Source: Blasia pusilla (taxonomy: Eukaryota). From it: a stretch of DNA of 64,000 bases. Of this stretch, positions 51,645 through 64,000 are shown in pieces. The first letter of the stretch is position 1; each line of letters opens with the position of its first letter. The position numbers and the translations under genes are program-made. The notes under the pieces are model-generated. The model was given only the letters and a program-made list of their open reading frames with translations. It did not search any database and was not told the DNA's origin. The stretch covers positions 38,130,001 through 38,194,000 of the forward strand of contig CM114271.1 in the NCBI GenBank assembly GCA_050084515.1, read 5' to 3'.

Positions 51645-54468
51645 AAACTCTCACCTACCAACATCACCTAGGACTTCTAGTCCCAACCCCCTCCCAAAAA
51701 TAAACTCATGAATACGTAGAGTTGCTAAGAGTGTGAAAAGATCATGGGCCCTTCGAGATAAAATAGATGAGAAGAAAAGTGTATGTACGGGAAGGGTAAC
51801 AAATACAAACGAGAATCGAACCAAAATGAGAAGCACATACGACAAATACGACAAACAAGAAAGGACTTGGGAAAGGAGGGGAAGGGTGGGTGAGTAGAGG
51901 ACGTTACCTTGAGAAATTTCTCCAAATGACAATAAGCTAAACCCTAATATTCACATTTGGAACCCTAATATGAACCGAATTCTAAAAAGATGAATAAAAA
52001 TAAAAATACTTCACGCCATGCAGCAAGGTCCGGATCAAAACGAAGCTCTCGTCACGCTCTCCGTTTCGACATGTAGCACGTCTCTTTTCGTCCCCTACGC
52101 CCTCCGTCCTTCCTCCCGCCGTCCCCGTCCATGCCTCTCGCCGTCCCCGCCCAAACCCGCTGCTCCGTTACATGAAATCCGTTGCAAGAGGACCCGAACG
52201 AAAGAAGAGAGCTGCGAATCCGCTCTGGGCTTGTGGCGCTGTCAGGTTGCCGCAGGGCAGGATGAACTTTCTCCGTAGCCAATCTTACGGGATACGCTAC
52301 GAATTCCTATAGTATACGGGAAGTACATGAAAGAGCAAATTAATTAAAATAATTCACAAAATGCATCCCTTTAGTTCTTGATTTGAAATCACCCTAGATG
52401 TTTTCTTCGCATTAGGGTGGGTTTTTAAAAAAAAAGGAAAAAAAAATAAAAAAATAATGTTTGGGTGGCATATAAGTGGGTTGTTGGTACACTAAGAAAA
52501 ATAGAAAAGGAATCCATGAGTTTGCAAATCACAAGGATGAAGAAATTCAAGGATTCTACTACAACTTAACGTCATCAATCGTGGGAATAATTCAAATTAT
52601 TCGCCTATGCAGGGAGGATGAAGATTGTTTTAAAGAGTCTGTTTGCTTGGCACTTGTAACCTAAATTTTGAAGAAAAATATTAAGAATTTGAGGAATAGA
52701 AGTAGTAGAGGGAATCAAATTTTCGTCATGTGCAAAATACATTTTTAATTGGGATTTATAATAAGTGTTACATGGAGGCATGATATTCCAAACTAGTTTT
52801 TTTAAGATGTTTCTTCCAAAATTAATGTGAAAACCTATTTGTATACGTAGTACAATTGTGAAATCCATTTAGTGTTGGGATCTTTATTTTCAAAACTGGA
52901 ATTTTTCAAAAGCTTCAAATTTTTTTAATCTTTGTGGGTCCACCTCTCTACGGCGCATTAATTTTAATCGCGGGCCCGTTTGAAAGACAATAGTTTCCTC
53001 CCCCTCATTGTCCTCCAGCCAAAGGTCATCCCGGCGACCGGACGGTACTTCCCGACATCCACTAGTATCAGTCACCCCAAACTCCGTCCGCCGGGTTTTG
53101 CAAGGCCCCCAGCGCCGTGGGTTTTGGCGGGTCCCTCGCTATGGCATCATGCCACGACAAGAAGGGCGTGTGTGTCTGATCGGAGCTCGCCGTGGAACGA
53201 GCGGGGTCGGCCCTCCATCGTCCTCGGCAAGGACTCCCGGGACCCACCCTTCCCGAACTAAGGAACAGTAATAATTCTTCCCTTTTTCCCCCCCTCTCCT
53301 TGTTTCTTGAATGCTGCCTCTCAAGAAGCTGAGGGTATCGTCGAGGCTCTGAGGAGTCGGTGCAGTCGCATCCACGTTCGGCGGAGGGGAGAGGAGCGGA
53401 GCTTTGACAGGCGGCCGGGGCGGTGTCTGGTAACGGGGAAAGCATTTTCCTGCGGGAATCCAGAGCAGATGTGTAGTTATAAGGAATCGCGTTAATAAAT
53501 CGGCGACCTCATGCGACTGTTGATAATTTGTTTGATTGATTGCGGGCCTTGGATATGTGCTCGGGTGGGTCTCGCGACATGGTGGCGAAGGCTGACGCTC
53601 TCCTGGCTCGCGGCCTCGCGCGCCACCATCGCCAGAATTCGGTAACAACAACAACAACAGACAACGAGCCTTGTTACAGGCGCTCGCTCTCGACCGAGCA
53701 GAAGACATTCGCTTTCGTCGGCCATAGCAATCGGCGTTCGCTCCCACGGCTGTCGGTGCAACAACAATCACCTAGCGAAGTTTCTGCCTCGGGTTCCCCG
53801 CGTCAAGCCGCCGCGACTCCAGGGAAGCGCGCATAGGTTTTCTTTTCTTTTCTCTTCGCTCCGGCGGAAGAAACCAAGGGAACTACTTCTACAGTAGCAG
53901 CTTGGTACTCATACGATCTATCCACTATGACGCTACTTTCTCTCTCCTGCGTAGAGTGCAAGTGCTCCGCGCGCGTACCTCGAAATGGCCAAGACAGTTG
54001 AGGAGAATTCATTCCGACGCAGATGATACGATGTCCGGTACCAATCATCGCCAAAGCGCACATCGCTCAGCGGCAGCGTAACGAAACCCCTGGATCCACA
54101 GATTTCGCGCACTCTCATATTCCCTCATCATATTCAAACTCATCACCGTCAGTTCCCTCCCATATTCAAACTCATCACGAGGCGCCGTTCGATCGCTCGC
54201 GCCGCAGCGATGTCCTCTCCGCGACGGCCTTCTGCTGGACGGTGCTCGAAGCAGGTCGACTAGATCCGCCGTCGGGAGTGACGGCCGTCGCCCCGGTCTC
54301 CGACTGCGCTTTACTATTCTGGGCGGAGGTGATGTCCGCGGTCGCAGTGTGCTCTACTGGCTCCTGTGAGGATTGTTCTTGTAGAATTGGTCAACTCGGT
54401 TTAACCAGTGGATCTTGCAGACTTCTCGTCAGCGGACAGGACTCATCACATAGCTGGCTTCCATGACT

Positions 54469-54498
54469 GTCGGGTAATTAGTCCGACTACCAGACTAG
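54469..54498 (+). mobile_element. Possible Helitron 3' terminus
   Basis: gtcgg-gtaattagt-ccgac hairpin, 7-nt spacer, CTAG|T, at a sharp GC-to-AT boundary. Confidence 0.4.
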
Positions 54499-55714
54499 TT
54501 ATTTTTATCCAAGAATATAATTTTTCCACTCTCATAAGTCGCGAGTTTTCTGCCCAAAGACATCACAAAATTATTATCATTAATTGTCCGAAGGTTTCTT
54601 GTATTACAACGGTTAATGAAATCAATTTAATTTAAGAAAAAGAAAACATGTTACATAATTTTTATGATCTATTTCATTTTAATATTTTAAAAAATTCATA
54701 TAAATTTTCACATCATTAAGCACAAAACTATTCTTTACAAATATATTAAGAGCTTTCCCTTGTTATTCACGGGTCAAATTATCTTGCATGGATCAGATTT
54801 TGGAGTAATGGAAAACCCCCCACAAGAAATCGCACACTCCATCATCCCTGATTTTCCCTTAAAAGCCATGCATGGTGGGAGAAGATAGATTTTTTAAGGT
54901 GTTGACCAATTTCTAGTTTAAGGGCATATTTATATATTTGTTTTGATAGTCTAGATATGAGTCGACTTGTTTGTGCTCCTTTTTTTTAATCAATTCTCTG
55001 TTTTTTAACACCTATAGCCTTCCTCTCCTTTTTAAATCTTCTTCTTCTTCTTTAAAAGACCCTTCTCTCCTTGTGACCTCTTCATTTGGAAGAATCTTCC
55101 TAAATAAAATTATTATATTTTCATCAAAGAATGTTTGATTCTCTATCCGTAATCCATATTTTAATTGTCTTTTATGTCCAAAAAATTACAAATCTTAAAA
55201 TTTTATTCTTTTGGCTTACAATCCTTCATGCACTCAACCTCTCCACTTCAAATTTCACGCATCACCATGGTATCCCCCAAAACTTCCAGCCCTCATCTTC
55301 TCATAGAAACAAAAGCAAAGCTCCTACTTTCCCAATCCTTTGTTAGATCTCCTCCTAAGAATTAACGTGGAAAATGATCATGAAAGTCAAATGCTCATAA
55401 TTTTATCTTCTAGATATACACACACTTACCAACAACAATATTGATGAATTTCTCACCATAACACTAGACATACAAATAATAAGAGAGTACAATAATGTTC
55501 TATAATGTTCCATGTTAGTTTCAATCGAGTAGGATAACTAGAAGCATTTGTAGTGTTATTTATATGAGGGATTGAGAAATACAAAACCTTCCACCGGTGC
55601 TATGTGTCCGTTTTCAACGCCCAAATCAGTCATATCCTTTCAGATTTCAAATTAAGTTTGTATAATTTCTTTCATTAATGTGTCGTGCGTTTAGGGTTTA
55701 TCAGTTTTTCTTTC

Positions 55715-55860
55715 CGCGTGAGCACTCCTATGAACTGCTAAACAAGGAACACGGTCGCCAACCTGCATGAACATTGAGCAATCAGCAAGCTCCTCCATTG
55801 TAGCGCTCTCACTCGCTCATTCTCTCTTTGTAAATCAAGTAACTCTCAGAATGTCTCTAA
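55715..55860 (-). mobile_element. LTR end and PBS fragment homologous to 2785-2900
   Basis: gtgagcactcctatgaactgct...cacggtcgcca-acc-tgca...ctcattctctctttgtaaa; PBS TGGCGACCGTG at 55760-55750. Confidence 0.55.
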
Positions 55861-55868
55861 GTGGTGCA

Positions 55869-55874
<6 letters not shown>

Positions 55875-55918
<44 letters not shown>
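55875..55918. repeat. (TC)22 microsatellite
   Basis: Direct reading; a shorter CT tract lies at ~25331-25355. Confidence 0.95.
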
Positions 55919-55923
<5 letters not shown>

Positions 55924-57899
55924 GCGAGGGGACACAAATACAAGTGCTCCATTATCAACAAGTGTTTTTTGATATAACTAGGTGCAACATACCTAGGCCA
56001 AAAGAGTCATTGCTAGCTCTATGGAGGGGATTCATATGTCTTATAAACCTCATCCATACATAGGTATGAAAAGGATTGGAGAAAGAAAGGTTAATATGCT
56101 CTTTCTCCCTTATCTTGCATCTCTTGCCCTAATGAAACTTTATTTCCTATCTCTCATCCCGTCTTCTATTAAAATATAACATTAAAAAAGCCTAATAAAA
56201 CCTTCCCTTATTAAAAAAATAATAGAAATTTACAAAACTTATCACAACTTCATCACAAAATCATGACCATTGCATTTAACGAAAATGGGGTTCTTTCTTA
56301 AGTACCATCTTTCGGGTTAGGATCTATGACAATAGCCTATTGAAAAGAGGAGTTAGAAAATTTGATGGCATACCAATATCCATAACAATTGTAGAAAATT
56401 CAACCAAAGTTATGATACTTAAGCCAAAATGAATTACTTCCTTAAATACACTCTTTGGTGTTACATCACATGACTAAATCCCCGAGAAAAAATGAATCCA
56501 AAATGGTCCTCATATCGACATTCAATTTTGGATGGTATATAAAGCGGCAATGTTGGGGGAGATAAGATAAACTCTTATAAGCTCGATAGTCACACCTCAA
56601 GATCAACATTCCATTGAGCCGCCACCTTATTGCCCAACTTTATATGCGACTACGCGTGTTTTCAAGCATAACATGCCCAAGCCAAAGGGCTTCCACAACA
56701 AAATTAGACGTGGGAGATATCATTGTTAGAGGCTTTGTGTTTCTTTTCTACCCGTATTTTTTTAAAGGTTAGTTATTATGGGGTTTTTCTTTTATTTTCC
56801 ATGTAGCTTTCAAATTCCTCCCTCACATAGTCCCCCTTTTAAAATTCCTAAGGATTCACCATCTTCTTTTATCTATTCATGACGCATACTCCTTTTAAGT
56901 GCCCCAACTCATAGTAAAAAACGAGGCTCCTTAGAACGAAGGTGTATAAGATGAGATGTAAAACCATTTTGATACACAAATTTCCACGTAGAAGCATGTC
57001 TCTAGGCTCTTTTCGGATATAAACAATAATTATTATGTATTATATTTGATCTCTTTTTAATTTGAATTCTCCTTTCCAAAATGACACGTGTCAACGTCGT
57101 AAGAATTCTTAGAAAACAAATGTCGATACCTTAAGATGGTTTCTCCTCCTTTCAATTTGAACTTCGAAAGAAGGAATTCAAAATATTTTATTAAAAAAAA
57201 AAACAACCCTTAGATAACACGAGCACCCACCGAAGATTACATAAGGACCTCCCTTGTCGACGAAAGTGAGCTCCTGAGTTCGTAAGGAGTCCGTAGGGCC
57301 ACGGCAAAGTAAGTACATATGACGTAAAGTGACCTCCCCACAAAACAAAGGACATTATGAGCTGTTCCCATTTATGGGCGCCCGCGAAGCGTGGGCGGTT
57401 GGAGCGCATAGATAGATAGGAGTAGGGGATGATTCAAAGTGCGGCATTAATAGTAGGAAGACTCGGACATCGATCATTGATGGGGTTAATAATTCCGTTT
57501 CAACGAACGACGACGACGACGACGTTCGATCGGGAAAAAGCGTCATTCAAAGTGCCCAACAACTAACTACAACGCCATCGCCCCATTCTCCAGCATCCCC
57601 TCCCCCCAAAAGTCGATCATCTGCCCACGAAATCAATGGTACGAGAATAGCTTCGATGGTGGCAAAAAGCCATAAACATGCATCGCATGATTCGCATGAC
57701 ATGACACCCATTCAAAATCAAAAATATTCGGGCGGCCACGATTTGGGTCTTCTTTCTTTCTTGGAGTTCCTGGTCAAACGTCGTGTCTTACACGCTCTTA
57801 ATTAATTAATTAATTAATAAGTCTTAATAAGCGTGGCTCTTCTCCTCGAGTTAAGACACATTCTTTTGTGTGGATAGTCTATGGGGATTTAATTCCGCG

Positions 57900-58447
57900 A
57901 CTTCGTATTAGTGTTTCGAAAGAGTTCAGATCATTCGTTCGGATAGTTGTCCGAAGGGTGATTTGAATAAAACCTACTAATGTGAGCCTAATCTAGGGGT
58001 TAGTAAGAGTTGCCGAATTAGGCAGAGTTTGTATTAGTGTTTCGAGTTTAGATCATTGTCATGGGGTTTTCTCTGGAATAAAAGCTCATGGGTGTTTCGT
58101 GAGTGAGGCGGAATATAATCCATAATGGGAGCCTCATCTAAGGGTTAATAAGAGGGGCCCAATTAGGGATTGCTTGCATTAGTGTTTGGAGTTTAGATCA
58201 TTCTCATGCGATTTTCTCTGGAGTAAAATCTTATTTTTGTTTCGTGAATGGAGGGGGCCTGAAATAAAATCCACTAATGTAAGCCTAATCTAAGGGTTTA
58301 TAAGAGGGGCCGAATGAGGCAGTTCTTGTATTAGTGTTTCGAGTTTGGATCATTCTCATGCGATTTTCTCCGGAATAAAAGCTCAGTGTTGTTTCGTGAG
58401 GCGGACGGAATAAAACCCACTAATGGAAGCCTAATCTAAGGGTTAAT
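57900..58447. repeat. Tandem array of four 125-150-bp units
   Basis: g(t/c)attagtgttt at 57905, 58031, 58176, 58328; each unit also has agcct(a/c)atcta(a/g)gggtt. Confidence 0.9.
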
Positions 58448-59066
58448 CATTAAGACGGAAACTCGGGAATACTTCCATCATCCCATTTTACGTGGAAAAT
58501 CTCCTTTTCTTCAAAGACATAAACAAATAATTAATGAAATTGTGTTATGCATGTACTAAGTAGAAATATTCGTATTCCCAACGGAGTATAGAGTGAAGGG
58601 TTGTGCATACTCCCAAATACACCTCATCAGGAAGAAATTACGATGCGCTTAAGACGAGGGGGAAGGGCATATAAAGAGTGCTTCGAGGAGGATTTGGAGA
58701 GTGGAATAAAACTAGTTGACGAGTTTTGGAGTTGATTAGACGGCGTCCATCCAGGATTTATTAAAACGCGAATGCTATTTATTATCATTTTTTTAGATAA
58801 ATAAATGGATTGATTCAAGAGAATCCGTCGAAGTACCCTCATAAATAAATCTCACAATTGTGGAAATGAAATGTTTTGCTGCTCATAATAATTCCTCCAG
58901 ATCAGGCCTTTGAAATATTTTTCAAAGCGTATATATTAGTTACTGGCTTTCCAAATATAGGAGTGGCTCATTATTTAACTCAAAAGAAAACTGGGGAATG
59001 GTCGCCCGGGTCTACTTTTGTGGGATCGAGGTATAATAACTATTGGTAGTCGTAGGGTTTAATTAG

Positions 59067-59660
59067 CCCACCATATGTATACGGCGCTAATAATAATATA
59101 CATAAATTGGCATTGGGATCCGACGTAGTCAATTTTAATGTGCACCACGCCCCTTTCCAATATTAGAGATTTTATCTGGGTTGGAGTTGCTCGAGAAATT
59201 ATTACTTAACAGGACCCATGGAGAACAAACTTTTGTTTAATAGGGCAATTCATGTAAAATGGTAGGGAGTTTTTTTCCCCACCATATGTATACGGCGCTA
59301 ATAATAGTATTCATAAATTGGCATGGGATCCGACGTAGTCCATTTTAACGTGCACGATCCCTTTTTCCAATATTTATATTATTGATTAAGAGTGGTTTTC
59401 AAAAAGTAACAGGATAGAATTCACCACGTGTCTTTTGAATCGTGCATGGGTTGGACGACGCGTGGCATGGGTAAGGGGGCATTCTCATCGTGGAGTGTAC
59501 CGTCCATCGCTCAATCCCCTCATGGTCATAACTAGTTAAAGATTTTATATGGATGGTTTCCACTAAAAACTATTGGACTAAAATTATTACTTAATAGGAC
59601 CCATGGAGGAACAAATTTGTTTAATAGGGCACTTCATGTAAAATGATAAGGAGTTTTTGA
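59067..59660. repeat. ~211-bp tandem duplication; second copy interrupted by an insertion
   Basis: cccaccatatgtatacggcgctaataata at 59067 and 59278; downstream halves at 59163-59270 and 59536-59660. Confidence 0.9.
59373..59535 (+). mobile_element. 163-bp non-autonomous Helitron
   Basis: Inserted between A and T with no TSD relative to the empty site at 59162/59163; starts TTTATATTATTG, ends CTAG. Confidence 0.8.
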
Positions 59661-61283
59661 AGTTTTTTACTTTCCCAAATGTATGTTCATTAATAAGTAC
59701 TATGCACGATATATCTAATCTCCATGGGTCATGTTAATTTTTTAGATTTAGGGTCTAAAAATTTGATTCATATTTTCAAATTTGTAGAAATATTTCTTGA
59801 GAGGAGACATGTTGGACAACCCATGTCGATCACATAGATGTCCCCATAGGAAGATCATCCCCTCAATGTAAAATAATTTTTTTAATCTGAATAATGAGTG
59901 AGAATTAGATTTTGATATATTTTTTTAAGACAAGGAGTGATGGATCCAAGACCTATGGAAAAACATTTGTGAGGTATAAGATATATGGATAGAATGCCAA
60001 AGGTGCAAATATTTCCAAGAAAGAGAAGAAAGAAGAAAAAACAACAATAAAAATGTGAGGAAGGTATGTTCACTTTATGCAACAGTATATAAAAAAAAAG
60101 ACGGAAGAAATCCACAATAAAAACTCGCAAAAGGATTTCAACCAACTTTGTGATTTGCTTAAAATAAAAAAAGGGAGAGGGGGGGATCCGTTTAGAAAGC
60201 TCATTTATATTCCCATCTACCATGGATGTTAAGGAACCTGGTGGGTTTTCCTCGAGTTTCATTGTATTGGACCTTCGAGGCATTTTTGTGGCCATGCGCA
60301 TCACTCAAATTTGGACTTTTACATGAGTCCAATGAAGAATCGTTGCAAAGCACAAAGGTTAAGGAGTGTAGAAGGTTTTGTGGACATCGTGTGTTCATTT
60401 CTTTCCAAACATGAACACTATTTTCCATGAACCAAAGAAATTTTGTATTTCTTTCATTTTTTACTTAAATAAATTATTTCATTGAAAACTTTAGGATATA
60501 ATTATTTTCCCCACTAACTAGTTTCACTAAAAATAGAGAACAAAATATGTGAAATTTTTACCACTAAGGGATGCCAAATGCAATATTGTAGATAATTTGA
60601 TAATTTGATATTGATTGTCTTATGAAATGCACATATATGTAAGCAAAGTTGCAAACACATATGGTTATGAATTATCCTCCGTTGTCATTAGAATCTTTCA
60701 TCTTCGTGTAAGAAGAATATAATGATGTTGTTATTAGAAATCATAACTTCACACAAAATTGATCAATCGATGTCATCGATCAAAAAATCTATCTGTATAC
60801 CTACTTCATGATATTTCCCATCCTTACTTACACATTGCTTCCATCACTCTTCCCAGATTACCAAAGTTTGAGATGGGTTTGTTTTTCTCCTCCCGCCTAT
60901 TCATCCTCAATCAAGATCCCGAAGTCATATGTTGTATTTTGGATAACAGATTAAGAATTTTATTAATATCATACATTTCATGCAAAAGACTCTAGCGGAG
61001 TGGATGGTGTGCTCCTTGCGGAGGTGCATGTCTCAAGTTCGTACTTCTTCGATGATTTGTTTAGTATGAACCCCTCATTTAATCGTGATTTTTTCAACCC
61101 TGTTTGGACCGATTTTTTAATTTTTTAATTTTTCCAAGCAGATATCTTGGAACCCTTTTTCTCCGTCAGGGATGTCGAAGGTGAGTCAAAGTTGACTACT
61201 ATTATCGATGGAGGCTAAGTCTGAAAGCGGCAGATTTGATTCCACGTCTTGACGCCTGAGCGTCGTCGTGACAGGCCAAGAGG

Positions 61284-61374
61284 AAGTTCGAGGAACGGAG
61301 TAGTAAGTTCCGTGACCTTGACTACGGAAAGAGTCAAGGTAGTCACTGAACTTACTAGTCCGTTCCTCAAACTT
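61284..61374. ncRNA. MIRNA-like hairpin candidate
   Basis: 61284-61323 pairs with 61332-61374 with three mismatches, one 3-nt bulge and an 8-nt loop. Confidence 0.45.
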
Positions 61375-61905
61375 ACCACAGATGGTCGTCTCCCATACCG
61401 TCGCCGTCGGTCCTGCTGGCACCGGAAGGAACGGACCAGTCTGACTCAGCACACATGGCGTCCGACAGTACCTCAGACACCCTCCACGTACTCATACGCA
61501 GTCTACGAAGTCTTACCGTCTATCCACGAGCGCTGTCCAGCTGGCGCAACTTAGGGAGATATGGATGGATCTGAAATTTGGATTTTTCAGAGAATCCATT
61601 TTATTAAGAAAATTAATTTCAAAAGAAGATAGAGGAAGGTAATAACATTTCCAGAAGAACGTTAGGATGGAACAGTTCTTTTTCATATTCTATTTTTTCC
61701 TTGAGAACGTTAAACACGGTAAGAAATTTTGTTAGTCTTTCCGTTTTTCTTAAAAATCCTAGTTTACACACCAAAATTTTGACAACATTTTCAGATTTGA
61801 ACATGGTGTTTTAAAATCTCAGCAGGCTTCCCAAAGAATGCTATGCTGGTTTTTGTTGAGAATTGAAAAAAAAAAAAAAATGATAATAGAAGATAGCAAC
61901 AAGCC

Positions 61906-62292
61906 AACATAAAAACCAACTCAACGGATTTTGCGATTAGCAACTTAACACAAATTTGACTCAAACATTAGTATTTGGTTAGACATGAATGGCATGGAGG
62001 ATTAAATTTCCTAATGATGCCATTTTTCAACATCCATTGATGCTTATTAGCTGATATTTGTTTGATCTCGAATAGGCCACAGCTAGGGGAGCTCTAAACA
62101 TGTCACGACCGGCTTTGGGTCTTCGATGGACAGATACTTGTGGTTCATTTCAAGTGACTTCTTGTAGAAGTTACCAAGGTACATTGCATGCAATACATAT
62201 CTGCAAACATAAAAACCAACTCAACGGATTTTGCGGTTAGCAACTTAACACAAATTTGACTCAAACATTAGTATTTGGTTAGACATGAATGG
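61906..62292. repeat. 87-bp direct repeat, 300-bp period (61906-61992, 62206-62292)
   Basis: Copies differ at one position. Confidence 0.9.
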
Positions 62293-63156
62293 AGAAGGAT
62301 ATGATTTCCCACTAACCATCTAGGCTACACGTATCAAAGTTAATGATTATGCACGTTGCAAGATCATCGAGATGCATTTTTAAAATAATAATAAGTAATG
62401 ATAATGGAGAGAGAAAAAAAATGATTAGGGACAAGTTAGTATAATTCTCGAGAGAATTGTGAGCACACATTTTTAAGAAAGTATCACAAGACACAAATAA
62501 CTGCCCAAGAAATTCAATTACAAAAGGAATAAGTCCATTGGTCACATATCCCACCGCTTAACACAACTTCTTAATTCTTGTTGTTGCATCAACCGCACAA
62601 CCTTTACTATGTGTAATTTGACACATGAAGTCTAAACATGTTGGATCAACAACCACTACATAAATCAATAGACAAAAGCCACCTCAATACATAACAAGAT
62701 CAACTTTTTGATGGGAGGTTTCTTGTATAGAAGAAGGTAGGATATATATTTGATTTTGCCCACTTGTATATCTTGTAGTACTTGATCATGTCATAGGTTA
62801 CCCTTCGTTCTTCATTCTGTGCACATCAAATAATGTGGATACCCTCTATATTAATAGGCTCGCCGCATACACAATTAGGCATGCCTAGAAAAGAAGTATA
62901 AGGAAGCCTAAGTTGTAATCATAGAGTTGTTGAGAATATACTATGTGGAACATGAAATGGAAGAATAAGAGGATTTGTAATAAAACATATCCCAATCCTA
63001 TATCCACACAGAAATGCATACGAGTTTGATAAGTGTTATAGGATAGCTTGGAGAGAATGATGGAAAAGTTGATTTGATGCAAATTCTCAAACATAAACTC
63101 TTGAAGCTGATCAAGTTCTTATATAATCAAATAATTTAAATATGATAGAATTTATT

Positions 63157-64000
63157 TTATAGCAGTGGAAGAAGAGTCATTTCAAATCTTAGTTGTTGTT
63201 GGAATGATAGACGACCCTCCTCTACATGGCCACGTGATCCATCAAGACAGACGCGTCTCCTTGGAGAAATCTTAAAGTAAGAATCAGGGCAACCAAAGCT
63301 CGACCCCCCCCTCCAAAAAAATTTTGGTGCAAATGTGACTAAGGAGGAAAGTCCTAAACCTCCAAAACAAATAGGCAAGATAGTTTATCATGAAGCCAAG
63401 ATACCATTATCTCCCTCAAATGTATTTGGGCTAAGAAGTTCACTAAAAGTTATCAATGTAGAAGTGTCAAAAGAGATCAACTAGTATAAAAAATCTGAAG
63501 TGGAAGGACAAGTGCAAATAAGGTAGGAAGAACGTCGTAGGAAATATTGGAAGGGAATCCCATAAGTCACTCGAGGATCCTATATAGGAGATAACACTTT
63601 AAGTCATTCTTATGGGCCTTAGCCAAAACTTGGATAAATCCTATTGAGATACCAAAAACTCAAATACCTTCAATAAAGATGGTAAGACCATGAGTAGTTG
63701 AGGTAAATGTTTAGGGAAGGCACAAAGGAGATCCTACCCAATATTCACTAGGTTGGATTTTAAGGTGAGCATAACTCCTCGAATATGGTAGCATAAGAAA
63801 TTGAATTGAAAGCCTTAGCTACATCAACTTGAATCATTATCTAATGTGGATGAATATTAAGAGTGGGGCATATAAGTGAAATCACTGCCTCATAACCACT
63901 AGGGTAGCCACTCCAAATTAATGAGGAAATAAGTGGTTGCTAAAGTGATGAAAAAATTGGAACTAATGGAGGGATTAACTAATGAAGTAATGTAAAGCCT
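63157..64000 (-). pseudogene. Older CRE-clade RT fragment; runs off the right edge
   Basis: PICFGGLGLSS and HVEEGRLSFQ match PISFGGVGLLS and RVEDGSFP at ~49380-49540; colinear with ~49350-50400 but AT-eroded. Confidence 0.7.

Noticed and set aside
48282-52011. acttc at both sides as TSD of the CRE element
   Set aside because: Five bases is too short to distinguish from chance, and the element ends are undefined.
57900-58447. LRR-coding repeats or a CRISPR array
   Set aside because: Unit lengths are not frame-preserving and contain stops; no unique spacers or cas genes; eukaryotic context.
44500-63100. Faint hAT-like peptides near 44600, 45100, 56500 and 62500 (also 16650)
   Set aside because: Too eroded to call without a profile search.
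150-63378. Most short ORFs in the supplied track
   Set aside because: Antisense or alternate frames of TE genes, or chance ORFs in GC-rich and low-complexity DNA.

Overview
Eukaryotic, most likely non-seed land-plant, transposon-dominated window. I recognise no intact host protein-coding gene. Contents: (1) the 5' part of a minus-strand Ty3/gypsy LTR retrotransposon (gag with two CCHC knuckles, PBS, partly duplicated LTR) plus decayed relatives, one ending in a PHD-finger remnant; (2) an intron-containing Rep-Pif1 Helitron (17933-24876, possibly to 32775) and many non-autonomous Helitron termini, one with its empty site next to it; (3) a 4.9-kb hAT transposon with an 8-bp TSD and asymmetric termini shared with local MITEs; (4) decayed DUF659-type hAT transposases, a decayed RTE/RTEX-like LINE, a near full-length CRE-clade retrotransposon and a second CRE fragment. 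Unexplained structure includes a ~1.2-kb locus of ~260-nt repeats present twice (7270-8630, 32870-33910), whose first copy carries a hairpin complementary to the second, a MIRNA-like hairpin at 61284-61374, and a 58-bp-arm foldback. All calls were made by eye; no database search or folding was run, and boundaries of decayed elements are approximate.
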